Shown in pieces: positions 10,170 through 23,676 of a stretch of DNA of 64,000 nt; the first letter of the stretch is position 1; each line of letters opens with the position of its first letter. The notes under the pieces are model-generated. The model worked only from the letters and a program-made list of their open reading frames with translations, made no database searches and was not told the DNA's origin. The translations under genes and the position numbers were made by a program. Origin of the DNA: Octopus sinensis (lineage: Eukaryota); NCBI RefSeq assembly GCF_006345805.1, contig NC_042999.1:63488001-63552000 (forward strand). Reading direction: 5' to 3'.

Positions 10170-13100
10170 TTTTTAACTCACAAAGTGTGAATATGTCGTT
10201 TTTCTTCTCTCCTCGAAACAAAATTTATTCAAAAGATTACCAATAAGAATTTTTTTTTAGTACTTGTAACAAATAAGGATGATTATCTAAGGAAAGCCTT
10301 CCCTCGATGCTCGGGTGTAGACAAGAGCACAAAAAATGTTTGTTTTACAAACTTATAAAATTTTATTTACATACATTCAGTTTTACAAACTTATAAAATT
10401 TTATTTACATACATACAGTTTCAGGAAAAAAGATACACCTGAATGTACAAAAAGGAGCAATGATCAGTTTTGTGAATAAGTTATAGACAAAAAAAGAATA
10501 TCCCAAACACTCAAACAGATGGTTTCGAAAATAGCGATAACAGTAACAACAGCAATGGCAACTCTCACACAGAGTAAAACACAATAGTCTGTTCGAGTGT
10601 AGGACAAAAGTCCCCTAGGACAAAAGCCCCATAATTAAAGTGTGAAAGTGGACAAAAGCCCCACGGTTATATTTTTCGATTATTTTTCGTTTTATTTTTT
10701 TTCACCGTTTACTTGTTTCAGTCACTAGACTGCGGCCATGCTGGGGCATCACGTTGAAGAATTTTCAGTCGAATGTATCGACACTAGATTTTTTTTTTTT
10801 TTACTTGTTGCAGTTATTAGACTGCGGCCATGCTGGGGCACCACCTTCAAGAATTTTTAGTCGAATGTAACAACCCCAGAATTTTTTTATGATTTTAAAC
10901 CAGCGCATGAAGTTAAGCCTAGAAAGTATCTCCACATGCTAGAAACCACAGCCAAATCTCTTGAAATTGTTTTACAACTCCCTCGGTTTTTTTTATTTTC
11001 TAAAAATCTTTCTACTTGTTTCAGTTATTGAATTGCGGCCATACTGGGACACTAGCTTGAAGAATTTTTCGTCGCAGAAAAATCAGCATTTTAAAAAATA
11101 TATATTTAAAGTCTTCTGCTTTCTCCTCTCAACGTTTATCGATTAATGAGAATAAGTTGACCTTTTGAACTTTCTCCGGCTGTTGAAGGTCTAACAGAAG
11201 GCTAGTCATTCAAACGTATTTCTTATTGTTTGCCTAAATAGGGTGCTTCTCCATAAAAATGACAAATTCTTGTTTTTGTGAAGGAAAAAACATGCTAGAG
11301 ATATGTGTAATATTTACTTTCATTTTATGTGTGTATATATAGTCGTTCAAATGTACTTTTTATCGTTTTTAAGTTTCTACACATTTCTTGAAGTAAATGT
11401 TTTCCCTTTTGTTAGAATTCAAACAATATGTCATTGAGTAGTAAATGGTCTTGTGTTCTGTTATTCTATATTATAGATGTTAAGGTTGATTTATTTTTAT
11501 TTTCAAACTTTAAAATTATTCTAAAAACGAGGAAACGCACGAAACATACCATTGTGAGGGACATAGGTGTTTTGTCACCAATTTTCGATTGAATATATTT
11601 TGTTTACTTAAAAATTGGAATTTTGGAAAATAATGTTTTTGTTTTTACAACCGCGATTTCCGTTTTTGTTATGAACTGAACCCGAAATTACGTGGTTTCA
11701 AAGCGAGCTTCCTAACCCCATAGCCATGTCCGCGCCATTTCACATATTCATATATCCTACACTAAACTCCAGGGGCAACAAAGTAAATCTCACAATAAAG
11801 CAAAACGGATGCCGCACTGAAACACATTCCGACATCGCAAAAAGACAACGATGCATATAACTCAGCAACATGGAGGTGCACCAGGTGGTACAATAGAAAC
11901 TTGCATATAACTATTGAAAACCTGATGACGAAGATGATAATAATAATGAACTCGGTTAAATTACAGTATAACAGAGGCTTTTTACATTAGGCATCTTGCC
12001 AAATGCTTTGAAACAAAGAAATCACTACATAAAACAGATGGTATAAGAATGAACACGAAAATGCTCTCTCAGAAAACGATAAAGGATAGATGATACCGTA
12101 GGTAACTTCTGTGTATCTGATTTTATGAATATATTACAGTAAAATAAAAAAAAATGGTCCGATATTTTTGTCGAAGATTTTAAAATAAAAACAACTCTTC
12201 ATCCATTGAGAGACGCGCAAGAGAATTAAAACCGGTATGGAGATGAATTATTATCCAAGTATTTAACACTTGAAAGGTCTGCAGAACATCATGTACAGAA
12301 CACAAATATCTTTTTACTATACAATCTTTAGATGCTTACATTTTCTCTGTTCGTCTCTAAAATTTGATATATTCTGTTCGTTTTCAATTAACTTCTGTCG
12401 TAGATATAAATATAAACATACATTGTACTAACTAATTGGTGATAAAAGAGATTTTATAGAAACCCATAAAAGTCAAATATCTTTCTAATGGAACATATAC
12501 AGGGTTTTTCTAGAGGAGGAATATAGGCTGCGCGGTGGGAGATGGTTAACATAGTCCAACATTAGACTATATAACTAGTTCGGTAGTTTATTGTTCTGAG
12601 TTCGAATTCATCTCGAACAGAAGTTCTATTTCATGCTCGCGGGTTCGATAAAGTATATACCAGTAATATATGGTGTAGATTCAGTTGTTTGTGTTAATAC
12701 CTTCCAAACTTTGATATTGTGTCTAATCAAAATAAATCAAATTTTGGCTTATGTTTATATCCTTGACCCAATATACATCGTTGAAAGATGCACACGAGAT
12801 TGTGCACGCACAACTATAGATGCATGCATACACACATGAATATGTATGCATGAATGTATGTATGTATGTATGTATGTATGTATGTATTATGTATGCATGT
12901 GAAGAATAAGAAGGAAGAGAGGAGGAGGAGGCGGTGAGAAGAAGAAGAAGAAGAAGAAGAAGAAGAAGCAAGTGTGGTGTTAATTTACTTTCTGTGAGAG
13001 CGTGATTTTAGAGTTATGCCAAAGATAGAATTCAACGGATAGTTTTTAGAATTTTTTTCCCCACTTATTTAAGGAATGTGAGTTTTAGACATTTAGTCAA

Positions 13101-13351
13101 AGGTAGAGCTAAACAAAGGTTGATAGGCGTTCCATAATGTAATTAAAGTTCGGCCACGATATCGAAAATATTAACTGAAAGTGACCACTCCAATTTTTGC
13201 TGGTTTAGGTTTTATGTATACATCCAAAAATATATATCTTCGCTCTTTTTCCCCACCATCAAAAGAGAAAAAAAAAACGAAAAGAAAATCGATCGTATTT
13301 AATTCTCTAACCTATCAAATTATATTGATTAATTTCAAATTCTCAAGTTAT

Positions 13352-13399
13352 GTTGTACTGACGAGCTCAGAATAAGGACGAAATAGCGCTATCAACAAC
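13352..13399 (+). ncRNA. Degenerate minimal type I hammerhead ribozyme motif
   Basis: GTTGTa-CTGACGA-GCTC..GGAC-GAA-ATAGCGCTAT-C-aACAAC; palindromic stem III. Confidence 0.55.
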
Positions 13400-13624
13400 T
13401 ACTTCAACCACAGGAATATCCAATAAATGAATGTTATTGAAATATGAAAACATCATTTATTCTTTCATTAATAGGAAAAACCTCTTAAGATAATAAAAAC
13501 AACAAAAGAAAAACCCTGAAGCGGGTCTCTCCCCTTAAGGAGAATATTCCCCCTCTCAGTTATATCATAAGATCACTCTTTCCCCCTCTCTTTCTCTCTT
13601 TCTTTCACTTAGTAAGCTATTATA

Positions 13625-13855
13625 TATTTCTTTATTGCCGACAAGGGGCTAAACATAGAGGGGACAAACAAGGACAGACAAACGGATTAAGTCGATTACA
13701 TCGACCCCAGTGCGTAACTGGTACTTTATTTATCGACCCCGAAAGGATGAAAGGTAAAGTCGACCTCAGTGGAATTTGAACTCAGAACGTAGCGGCAGAC
13801 GAAATATTGCTAAGCATTTCGCCCGGTGTGCTAACGTTTCTACCAGCTCGCCGCC
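13625..13855 (-). mobile_element. SINE S1, full length
   Basis: ggcgagctgg..gttagcac A-box, gagttcaaattcc B-box, and aataaagaaata tail. Confidence 0.9.
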
Positions 13856-14056
13856 TTAAAGTAAGCTATTATAAGCAGCAGTAACAGTACTTCCCATTCA
13901 AGTAAATACCTGTACAAATAAAATATAGAGAAGATATATATATATCATTGGTTATACTAACGCCAATTGATATAACACTGAGAGAGTGGGGAGAAGGAAT
14001 ACACATGCACACACAAACAAGTAAATTCATACACGCGCGCGCGCGCATACACATGC

Positions 14057-14090
<34 letters not shown>

Positions 14091-14199
14091 GTAACAGAAA
14101 GGAGGAATTTCGATTATCCCCACGTGGTCAGTTGTAATGTATATAAGAAATTAAAGAAGGAAAATAAGCAGACTACATAATTTTAATATAATTTTTAAT

Positions 14200-14234
14200 A
14201 TATCGACCGGTTTCGCTATCGCTATTCATGATAT
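14200..14234 (-). ncRNA. Hammerhead remnant (core partly deleted)
   Basis: ATATC-atga-atagcgatagc-GAAACCGGTC-GATAT. Confidence 0.4.
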
Positions 14235-14341
14235 GTTTTAATTATCTGAATATGTATATTCTTAAGAAGAAATTTTTTCCATGTTGTGTACACAACATAT
14301 GTGCGTATTTTCCTTTTTTAATTTCTTATATAATATATATA

Positions 14342-14408
<67 letters not shown>

Positions 14409-14445
14409 ATATATATTGGAAGGTTTGGAGATGATGTACAGGTAT

Positions 14446-14748
14446 TATATATTAGAAGAAATGAGGTAATCAGAAGATCGGATGGTTCATATTTATAGAT
14501 ATTTATTTATATATTACATTTTTTACATATATATATCATATCATTCAGATCATATCATTCGGATTATTAGCGCTTTCTCCCATTCCAGTGGGGTTTTCAA
14601 ATCAAACTGAAAACCCCACTGGAATGGGAGAAAGCGCTAATAATCCGAATGATATGATCTGAATGATATGATATATATATGTAAAAAATGTAATATATAA
14701 ATAATATCTATAAATATGAACCATCCGATCTTCTGATTACCTCATTTC

Positions 14749-14760
<12 letters not shown>
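14446..14760. repeat. Near-perfect ~154 bp-arm palindrome with an 8 nt loop, in (TA)n
   Basis: 14446-14599 is the reverse complement of 14608-14760, apart from a small AT-tract indel. Confidence 0.95.
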
Positions 14761-14823
<63 letters not shown>

Positions 14824-14826
<3 letters not shown>

Positions 14827-15606
14827 TGGCGACTCCGACACTCGGACTTTTCGGGCTTGGCCGAGTATAAATAATTTAGTAAAATGAACGTGTATTTACA
14901 AGTTGATTTAATTTCTGCCAACACTGACTTATGTAATTGCAGCCAATAACTCGGGCCTCTTTAATTGAGCCTAGTTGCAGTTCATTTATTTTCGTTCAGC
15001 GTCTGGTGGTCGTCTTAGAGGTGCCCTGTGTCAAAAAATATCATTCGTAGCAGACGTTCTCTTGACATCATGCACACGTGTTTGACTCGGGCTCAGAAGT
15101 TACAGCCTGAATTGTTATCTCTAATCGTAAAAATTAAAAGTAATTCAAATTCAATGTTTTCTTGAAACAACAAATTTCTATAGAGATTAGGATTTAAATT
15201 CCAATCTATGGAAAAGTTTTCGTTCTACAATATTCTTAAAGGAACGAAAAATTATCCAGCAACTCGGGTTATTACAGACGAGCCTGGTAAGTGTAAAGGA
15301 CTAACTGACATCTCTTGTCAAGAGTACAGGCGACAGTCAGGTCACCGATGCTTGGTGGCGTTCCGCTGTCGTTATTTGATTGCTGTTATTTTGTATACTG
15401 TGTGTAAAGATCAGTTGTGTTTTGCAAGGTTGCTTTATTTTTAGCCTTAACTTAGAAATGGAGAAAGACATACTGCTAGATATTAAAAAAAAAACATTTG
15501 GGGCTAGAAATATTGCGGAAAAACGTAAAATTCTTTCAGCCAGCGTGTGCCTTATGCGAAATCTGTGATGAGCTCCAGTGACGCTGATGACTTGGCGTCG
15601 CCTCTG
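14824..15606. mobile_element. Probable non-autonomous hAT-like element
   Basis: Ends cagtggcgactccg / tggcgtcgcctctg (11/14 TIR match); 8 bp flanks atatatat/ttatatat. Confidence 0.4.
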
Positions 15607-15913
15607 TTATATATATACACACACACACAATTGCAGTGTGGAAGGTGTTTATAAGTCAGATCAAGTCACTTGCTATGCAAGTACATCTTCGGAAGGAGCT
15701 TCGTGAGACCACTGCAGAGACGCTTCCGGAAAAAAAATCGTTGGAAAATCGATTATAGCAGTGACTCAATCAATTCCTAGTGATATCTAAAGGAAGAATT
15801 TTTATATTCCGAAATATCTTATTAATACCAGACTATGGATGTTTAAATTATAACAGTTATTATAGTCCATTGTTTGTATTATAGTGCATTGTTGTGCCAT
15901 TCAAAACCTTATG

Positions 15914-15974
<61 letters not shown>

Positions 15975-15994
15975 CGTGCGCGTGCGTGCGTGTG

Positions 15995-16025
<31 letters not shown>
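15914..16025. repeat. (TG)n(TGCG)n microsatellite
   Basis: Read directly; internal tract of an S2 SINE. Confidence 0.95.
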
Positions 16026-16026
<1 letters not shown>

Positions 16027-16185
16027 ATGGAGTTCCACACAATTCCCGCCTAGCAAATTCACTCACAAGGCATTGGTCGGCCCAGAGTTATAGGAGAAGA
16101 CACTTGCCCAAGATTCTGCGCAGTAGGATCGAACTCGAAACAACATAGCGGCAAAACGAGATTCTTACCACACAGCCATACCTGC
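16026..16185 (-). mobile_element. SINE S2 head (diverged)
   Basis: ggctgtgtggtaag A-box and cttgggcaagtgtcttct motif. Confidence 0.75.
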
Positions 16186-16729
16186 AACATTTTCCATTCA
16201 CACTACACATATAACCCTGGAGAACTTGAATTTCAAAAACACATGTATAACACTACTTCTACATGTTTAACTTCGACCTTTTTTTTTACGGCTGTTATTG
16301 AAAATTGTTACTCGTCGCTCTATGAATTACTCTCATTCAAATCTGTAAATGATGAACATACGAATTATCGTGGCGATTAGGCCTCTCGAGATCTGTTGTC
16401 TGGTGGTATGTAATAAATAAACGAGAATTAGTACCATGTGTTATATTGTTTTTTGTATGTATTTTTCTAATCTCGCATCCATTTTACATTATTTATAAAC
16501 GTGTGAGTATGAGAGATAGAGAGAAGAGGAATCTAGCAGACATACCCATTTTGGAATAGTACCAAAATAAGAGATAGCGTAGTTTTTTGTTTACTCATTG
16601 ACGAAGTATTGATAAACATAAACTAACGCTAAGGACACACAAGCGCGCGTGCGTGCACACACAAGAACACACACACATACGTACTCCAGCATGACCACAG
16701 TCAAATGACTGAAACAAATAAAAGAAGAG

Positions 16730-16789
<60 letters not shown>

Positions 16790-17065
16790 GTTCCTGTCGA
16801 ATTTTATCCCTAATTTTGTGGTTATGGAACCTAGCTGTTCTTTCTAGCGTGTTGAATCCCACAAGTGGATTCCTCATGTGTTTAAATGTACACTGTATTT
16901 TATGACTAATATATAGTCTTTTGGACTAAATTTTTACACGTTAGGCCACTGGGAATGAAAATTTTAATTAATTTCCATTTCCCTTTGATATGATTAAGTA
17001 TATGTGTGTGTGTGTGTGTTGTGTGTGTGTGTGTATGTATATATATTATATATATATATATAATA

Positions 17066-17121
<56 letters not shown>

Positions 17122-17162
17122 TATATATATAGATAGATATAGATATATATATACATATATAT

Positions 17163-17410
17163 ATACTTTATTATCTCCCCTTCTTCCAAGCTCTCCTGTG
17201 TGACCCTTCAGTCCGGCATTCGCCAAGTTAGATAGCTAGCCACTAAACCTTTTTTGTTTTCTCTCCCTGTTTATTTCTGTATGCCTTTCTGTTGCAGAGC
17301 GTAGCCTTGAAACTTAAAAGACTTTCTCACTTCCCGAGCGTTAAACTAATACATCTGTTTGTTGTTAACACACTCGTCTTCGTCTTTTGTTCTTTTGTAA
17401 ATTCTCACAA
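17163..17410 (+). mobile_element. Family H repeat (Penelope-tail-like)
   Basis: ctttctgttgcagagcgtagccttgaaacttaaaagac plus the shared downstream gttaaactaatacatctg. Confidence 0.6.
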
Positions 17411-17419
17411 TATATATAT

Positions 17420-18263
17420 TGTTGTGGAATCCCACCTGCCGTCGCTCAAACTCTTCGGAAAAAAAAAAACCCCGGGACCCTACCAAGTCGAGCGACAACG
17501 ATTTACCGGCCCGATCGATCGGCGAAAGTTCGCCACGGAACTCAGTGGGGGGGGAAAGCGGCAGCAAACACGGCAACCGGCGACCGGAGATAACAACAAC
17601 AACAAACAGGAAGAGATACACAGAGAGAGACGGCGGAAGGCAATTGGCTACATTTAACAACAGTTTATACAATTATTACAACATCAAATAAATCAAAGAT
17701 ACATCAGGTATACATTAAAGAAAACAACAAATCAAAGCATTTAAACAGTACACGTCGAATCAAAACAAATAATGTTCACATTAACGATACAGTTCAATGT
17801 TCAAATCACATTAAAGTCTTTCTCTTTCTTTTTTTTTTTCTTTTACATTTCAACAACTCTTTTCCTTAATTCACAATGTCTTTACAATCTCATTTCTTTT
17901 TCTCTTTAGCACTGTTCTTTCTTTTTTTTCCTCTTTCCTTCCCGTCTGCAACAATTTCAGAAAACTACTACCGTAATCAGTTCCTTAATCTTCTCTGCCT
18001 GTCTTCCTCTGTCACAGCAGAAACAACCTGTTACTAACTTGTTCTGTTCTCGACTGTCCCGTCTCTCGTAGAGTTGCCGGCCGACTGTTTCTACAGCTCA
18101 CAGTTCCTCCTTTTTAAGGGGTGTTTTCAACGAACTTTCTTTCACCTGAAAAGAGTCGCAGGTCTTCCCAGAACTAATCAATCCACCTGAATCTGACAGG
18201 ACAATGGATTTATTCCCAAAAGTAGGTTGCAACCACTGTCCTTAAATTGACCTATTCATAACA
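17420..18263 (-). mobile_element. Probable solo LTR
   Basis: TGTT...AACA termini; ATAT on both sides (4 bp TSD, weak evidence in a TA tract); ~840 bp non-coding. Confidence 0.45.
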
Positions 18264-18931
18264 ATATATATATATATTATATTATATATAATAACGAAGG
18301 AAAAATTCAGTTGCCACTAATTGTGACTGACGGTGCAGGGTAGCAGCTATGTTGTTAAGTAGGTATCCCTCCCCTCTTTCTCACTTTCCCTCCTCCCCAC
18401 CAAATACACACAAAAATAACCCACATAATTTAACCAACCTTCGCACTGATCAAAAAAGATAAACATCCTTCGCCTGAAGAAGTGAATCCCTGAAGATGAT
18501 CTACACGATGCCCATGGATACTATGGACTACACTGTAATCATCTCAGGAATATGAGATGATTTTATTTTCTAGTAGGAATCACAAAGATTTACATGTTAG
18601 ATACACATGTAAAGAATTTCTTAACAGAAACTCTTCAGGTAAAGAATCATTTTAATGATGTGGTTTGCTATTAGCAAATGAAGCAGGTATAATGGCGAAT
18701 GAATAATACCAAAACGATTTCTATCTAACTTTCTTTCGCATGCTCTCAGATGTTATAACCTGCCGGTCGAGGCAAGGTATTGTAACGTAACGCTAAATAA
18801 ATATTTCCTTAAAACTTCATGCATTGTTCATCTTTCACATCCTACAACATACCGTTATAACAACAAATTTTTAGCGTCACAACTGCTGACTCCGGCATTT
18901 CATATTATTGTGTACCTAATCATATTTATCG

Positions 18932-18980
<49 letters not shown>

Positions 18981-19002
18981 AAATACAAAATGGGACAAGA
19001 AC

Positions 19003-19141
19003 GCAAAACATCCAAATAGACGATACAAAAAACACGGACAGGTCATTCGAAGCCTTTAATCGTCAGTCAAGAAACTGATCATCCTCGCAAATTCGGCTGG
19101 ACCCGTCCGTGTTTTTTGTATCGTCTATTTGGATGTTTTGC
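19003..19141. repeat. Perfect 37 bp inverted repeat with a 65 nt spacer
   Basis: 19003-19039 is the reverse complement of 19105-19141. Confidence 0.92.
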
Positions 19142-19189
19142 ATTATATATATATATATATATATATATTTCAACAATATTAGGGAATTA

Positions 19190-19907
<718 letters not shown>

Positions 19908-19944
19908 ATAGCGACGTACGTACACTTTATTCTCTTATATGTAA

Positions 19945-19998
<54 letters not shown>

Positions 19999-20478
19999 TT
20001 CTGTCCATTACCTTCCTGAAGACAACACGTGCTTATACTGTCTCCTCTCATAAGCTCGTCTTCCAAGCGTTCATAATTTTTATATCGTCTTGACTTAACA
20101 GCCCTCACCGTTTGTTTTTACTGTTTTGTTCTCACTGTCCTGTTCTTTTTACTGTCTTGTTCTCACTGTCCTGTTCTTGTTATAACTTTCAGCCTCCGCT
20201 AAAAAATCCCAAATTTTATTTAATTTGCTTTGCGGGAAGGACTGTTTCAACAAAGTCGCATGTTGTCCTTGCCTTCGAGGCGTGGAGTAGATGGAATAGG
20301 GGACAATTGATGAAGGGAATATTCTTTATGTTGCATGTCTCGTTTCTCTGTTTGTTTGTTTGTTTTTTTGTTGTTCGAAAAAAGTTCGTTTTCTATGTTT
20401 TTGTTTTTATGTTACACACCACTAGCGGTTGTCAAGCAGTAACAGAACACGTACACACACAGATATATAGATAGATAA

Positions 20479-20556
<78 letters not shown>

Positions 20557-21326
20557 TGATAGATAGATAGATAGTGATATATATAGAGAGAGATATACAT
20601 TTGTGTGTGTAGGTGTGTACCTGTGGGGGTGAAGTTACCTGTATGCGTGTATGTGTAACTGCGCGTCTACATAGAACATAGTTTTATGTTTATCAATAGT
20701 TTGTCAATGAGTAAACATCAAAACACGCTGTTTCTTATAATGGCACTCTTCCAACCTCTCCTCGTTTACTGCTGATGCGCATTAAATCTTGATGTTTTGT
20801 GCGTGTTTACGTCTTCTTCTGTAAGCGTGAGAATACGTGCGCATGCAAGGCTCACTTCAAATTACGCCGGTAACTGATTCCAAGACACGACTTAACTAGA
20901 AAAACGACGTAACACGAAAAAACGCTTTCAAGAAAATTTATTAGCTCATATTTGGTTTAATAAATACTTTGTACATACTTTGCGTGTATTTTATTTGATT
21001 TTCCATTTCAGTGTTGGTTTCAGGCGTTTTCTGGTTTGTTTCTAATTTCTACGTTTTTAAATGTGCGCTGAGACCGACGTAGAATCGGATAAATTAACTG
21101 AAGCTGGTGGGGTGTGGCATTCTATTAATCTCTTTAAAAAACGACGTCAACTCAAAACGACCGAAAGTTGAAGTATGCTTGTATTATCAAGTAAGGCAAT
21201 ATCGTTTATAACCGTTTCCTCTAGCCTCTTATTAGCAAAGATAAAATAGTCTAGACTTTTTGTGTTTCAAGGAGTGTACACCTTTGTCCGTGTATGGGCG
21301 TGGTCTTCTTGATCAGAGCTAACATA

Positions 21327-21553
21327 TACTCTTTTACTCTTTTACTTGTTTCAGTCATTTGACTGTGGCCATGCTGGAGCACCGCCTTTAGTCGAGCAAA
21401 TCGACCCCGGGACTTATTCTTTGTAAGTCTAGTACTTATTCCATCGGGATTTTTTGCCGAACCGCTATGTTACGGGGATGTAAACACACCAGCATCGGTT
21501 GTCAAGCAAACACAGACACACAAACGTATACACACATACATACATACATACAT

Positions 21554-21627
<74 letters not shown>

Positions 21628-22007
21628 GTACATATATACGACGAGCTTCTTTCAGTTTCCGCCTACCAAATCCACTCACAAGGCGGTGAGCTGGCAGAAA
21701 CGTTAGCACGCCGGGCGAAATACGTAGCCGTATTTCGTCTGCCGTTATGTTCTGAGTTCAAATTCCGATGAGGTCGACTTTGCCTTTCATCCTTTCGGGA
21801 TCGATAAATTAAGTACCAGTTACGCACTGGGTTCGATATAATCGACTTAATCCGTTTGTCTGTCCTTGATTGTCCTCTCTGAGTGTAGCTCTTTGTGGGC
21901 TGTAAAGAAATATATAGTAGAAGACACTTGCCCAAGGTACCACGCAGCGGGACTGAACCCGGAACTTTGTGGTTGGTAAGCAAGCTACTTACCACACAGC
22001 CACTCCT
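21327..22007 (-). mobile_element. SINE S2 with a nested S1 (21682-21911, +)
   Basis: S2 tail, (CATA)n(CA)n and head are all present; S1 sits between cacaaggc and tatagtagaagac. Confidence 0.88.
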
Positions 22008-22192
22008 ACGCCTATATGACAAGACAACAATAAGAACAACAACAACGACTGCTTCAGTTTATTTAATTTTAAATTGTTGATTTTTTTTCCATTGTTGCTT
22101 TGTTGCATTGTTTAACCTAAACTTCCTGTCGAAATATGAAAATGTAAATCTATAATTCTTTTTTTTTATATTTTGACACAGGATCAACAAAT

Positions 22193-23100
22193 TTGAGGAG
22201 GAAAGTCCATTATATCAGGCACTTATTTTATCAACCCCAAAAGGATAAAAGGAAGAGTCGACCTTGGCGGTATTTGAACTCAGAACGTAAAGTCGGAAGA
22301 AATATCAGTAAGCATTTTGTCCGGCGCGGTAACGCTTCTACCAGCATGCCGCCTTCGTGTAAATGCTTAAAATTCCTTTCTACTGTAGGCACAAGACTTG
22401 CAATTTGTTGAGGAGGGTCTAGTCGATTACATCGACCCCAGTGCTTAGCTGGTACTTCAGCAAGCTCGGGGAAGCGGGTAAGTCGATTACATTGACTCCA
22501 GTATCCAAGGCCTGAAATTTGGGGGAGGGGACTAGTCGATCACATCGACCCCAGTGTTTCACTGGTACTTAATTTATCGACCCCGAAAGGATGAAAAGCA
22601 AAGTCGACCCCGGCAGAATTTGAACTCAGAACGAAATACCGCTAAGCATTTTGCCCGGCGTGCTAACGAGTCTGCCAGCTCGCCACCTTCCTGGCACTTA
22701 TATTTTTCCTACTCTAGGCACAAGGCCCGAAACTTTGGGGAATTGAGCCAGTCAATTACATCGACCCCTGTACGCAACTGGTGTCTAATTTATCGACCCC
22801 GAAAGGATGAAAGGCAAAATCGACCTCATCGGAATTTGAACTCAGAATGTAAAGACAGATGAAATACCTATTTCTTTATTGCCTACTAGGGGCCAAACAT
22901 AGAGGGGACAAACATGGACAGACAAACGTATTTAGTCGATTACATCGACCCCAGTGCGCAACTGGTACTTAATTTATCGACCCCGAAAGGATGAAAGGCA
23001 AGGTCGACCTCGGCGGAATTTGAACTCAGAACGTAGCGACAGACGAATTACCGCTAAGCATTTCGTCCGGCGGGCTAACGTTTCTGCCAGCTCGCAGCCT
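22193..23100 (-). mobile_element. Head-to-tail cluster of ~6 S1 SINE copies or fragments
   Basis: Repeated atcgaccccgaaaggatgaaaggcaa / gaatttgaactcagaa blocks, all on the minus strand. Confidence 0.88.
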
Positions 23101-23179
23101 TCTTGGTACTTATAATAATGACAGTAGAATGTACGTACGGATGTATGGGGGAGGGCAGAGAGAGAGAGAAAGACCATGT

Positions 23180-23260
<81 letters not shown>

Positions 23261-23428
23261 TCAAGGTCCTTGATCGGTCGGTGGCATTAACAGAAATTTC
23301 TAAAATGACATCTATGCTGTGACTGTAACAAAAAACATCTTATATATATTCTCCGTCGCCAGCGGAAGAAATCTTAATATAGAATTTTACGTCTTCACAG
23401 GCTTCATGAATCACAATCACATTATTAC

Positions 23429-23676
23429 GTATGTATGTATGTATGTATGTATGTATGTATGTATGTATGTATGTATGTATGTATGTATGTGCGTATGTAT
23501 GTGTGTGTGTATGAATGTATGTATGTGCGTATGTATGTGTGTGTATGTATGTATGTATGTATGTATGTGTGTATGTATGTATGTATGTATGTATGCATGT
23601 AAGCATGTATGTATGTGTGTATGTATGAATGTATGTATGTATGTATGTATGTATGTGTATGTATGTATGTATGTAT
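23429..23676. repeat. (TATG)n microsatellite
   Basis: Read directly; a second tract lies at 24391-24542. Confidence 0.95.

Noticed and set aside
10342-10420. ~38 bp tandem duplication, and similar small duplications at 35468-35495, 38558-38612 and 39884-39913
   Set aside because: Ordinary slippage duplications
18781-18936. TGTAACG...CGTTACA-bounded mini element, and a possible LTR at 20006-20444
   Set aside because: Only short terminal matches and no TSD
19040-19100. CTGACGA...CGAA on the minus strand as a hammerhead
   Set aside because: No paired stem II, no GAAA/UH geometry and no stem I
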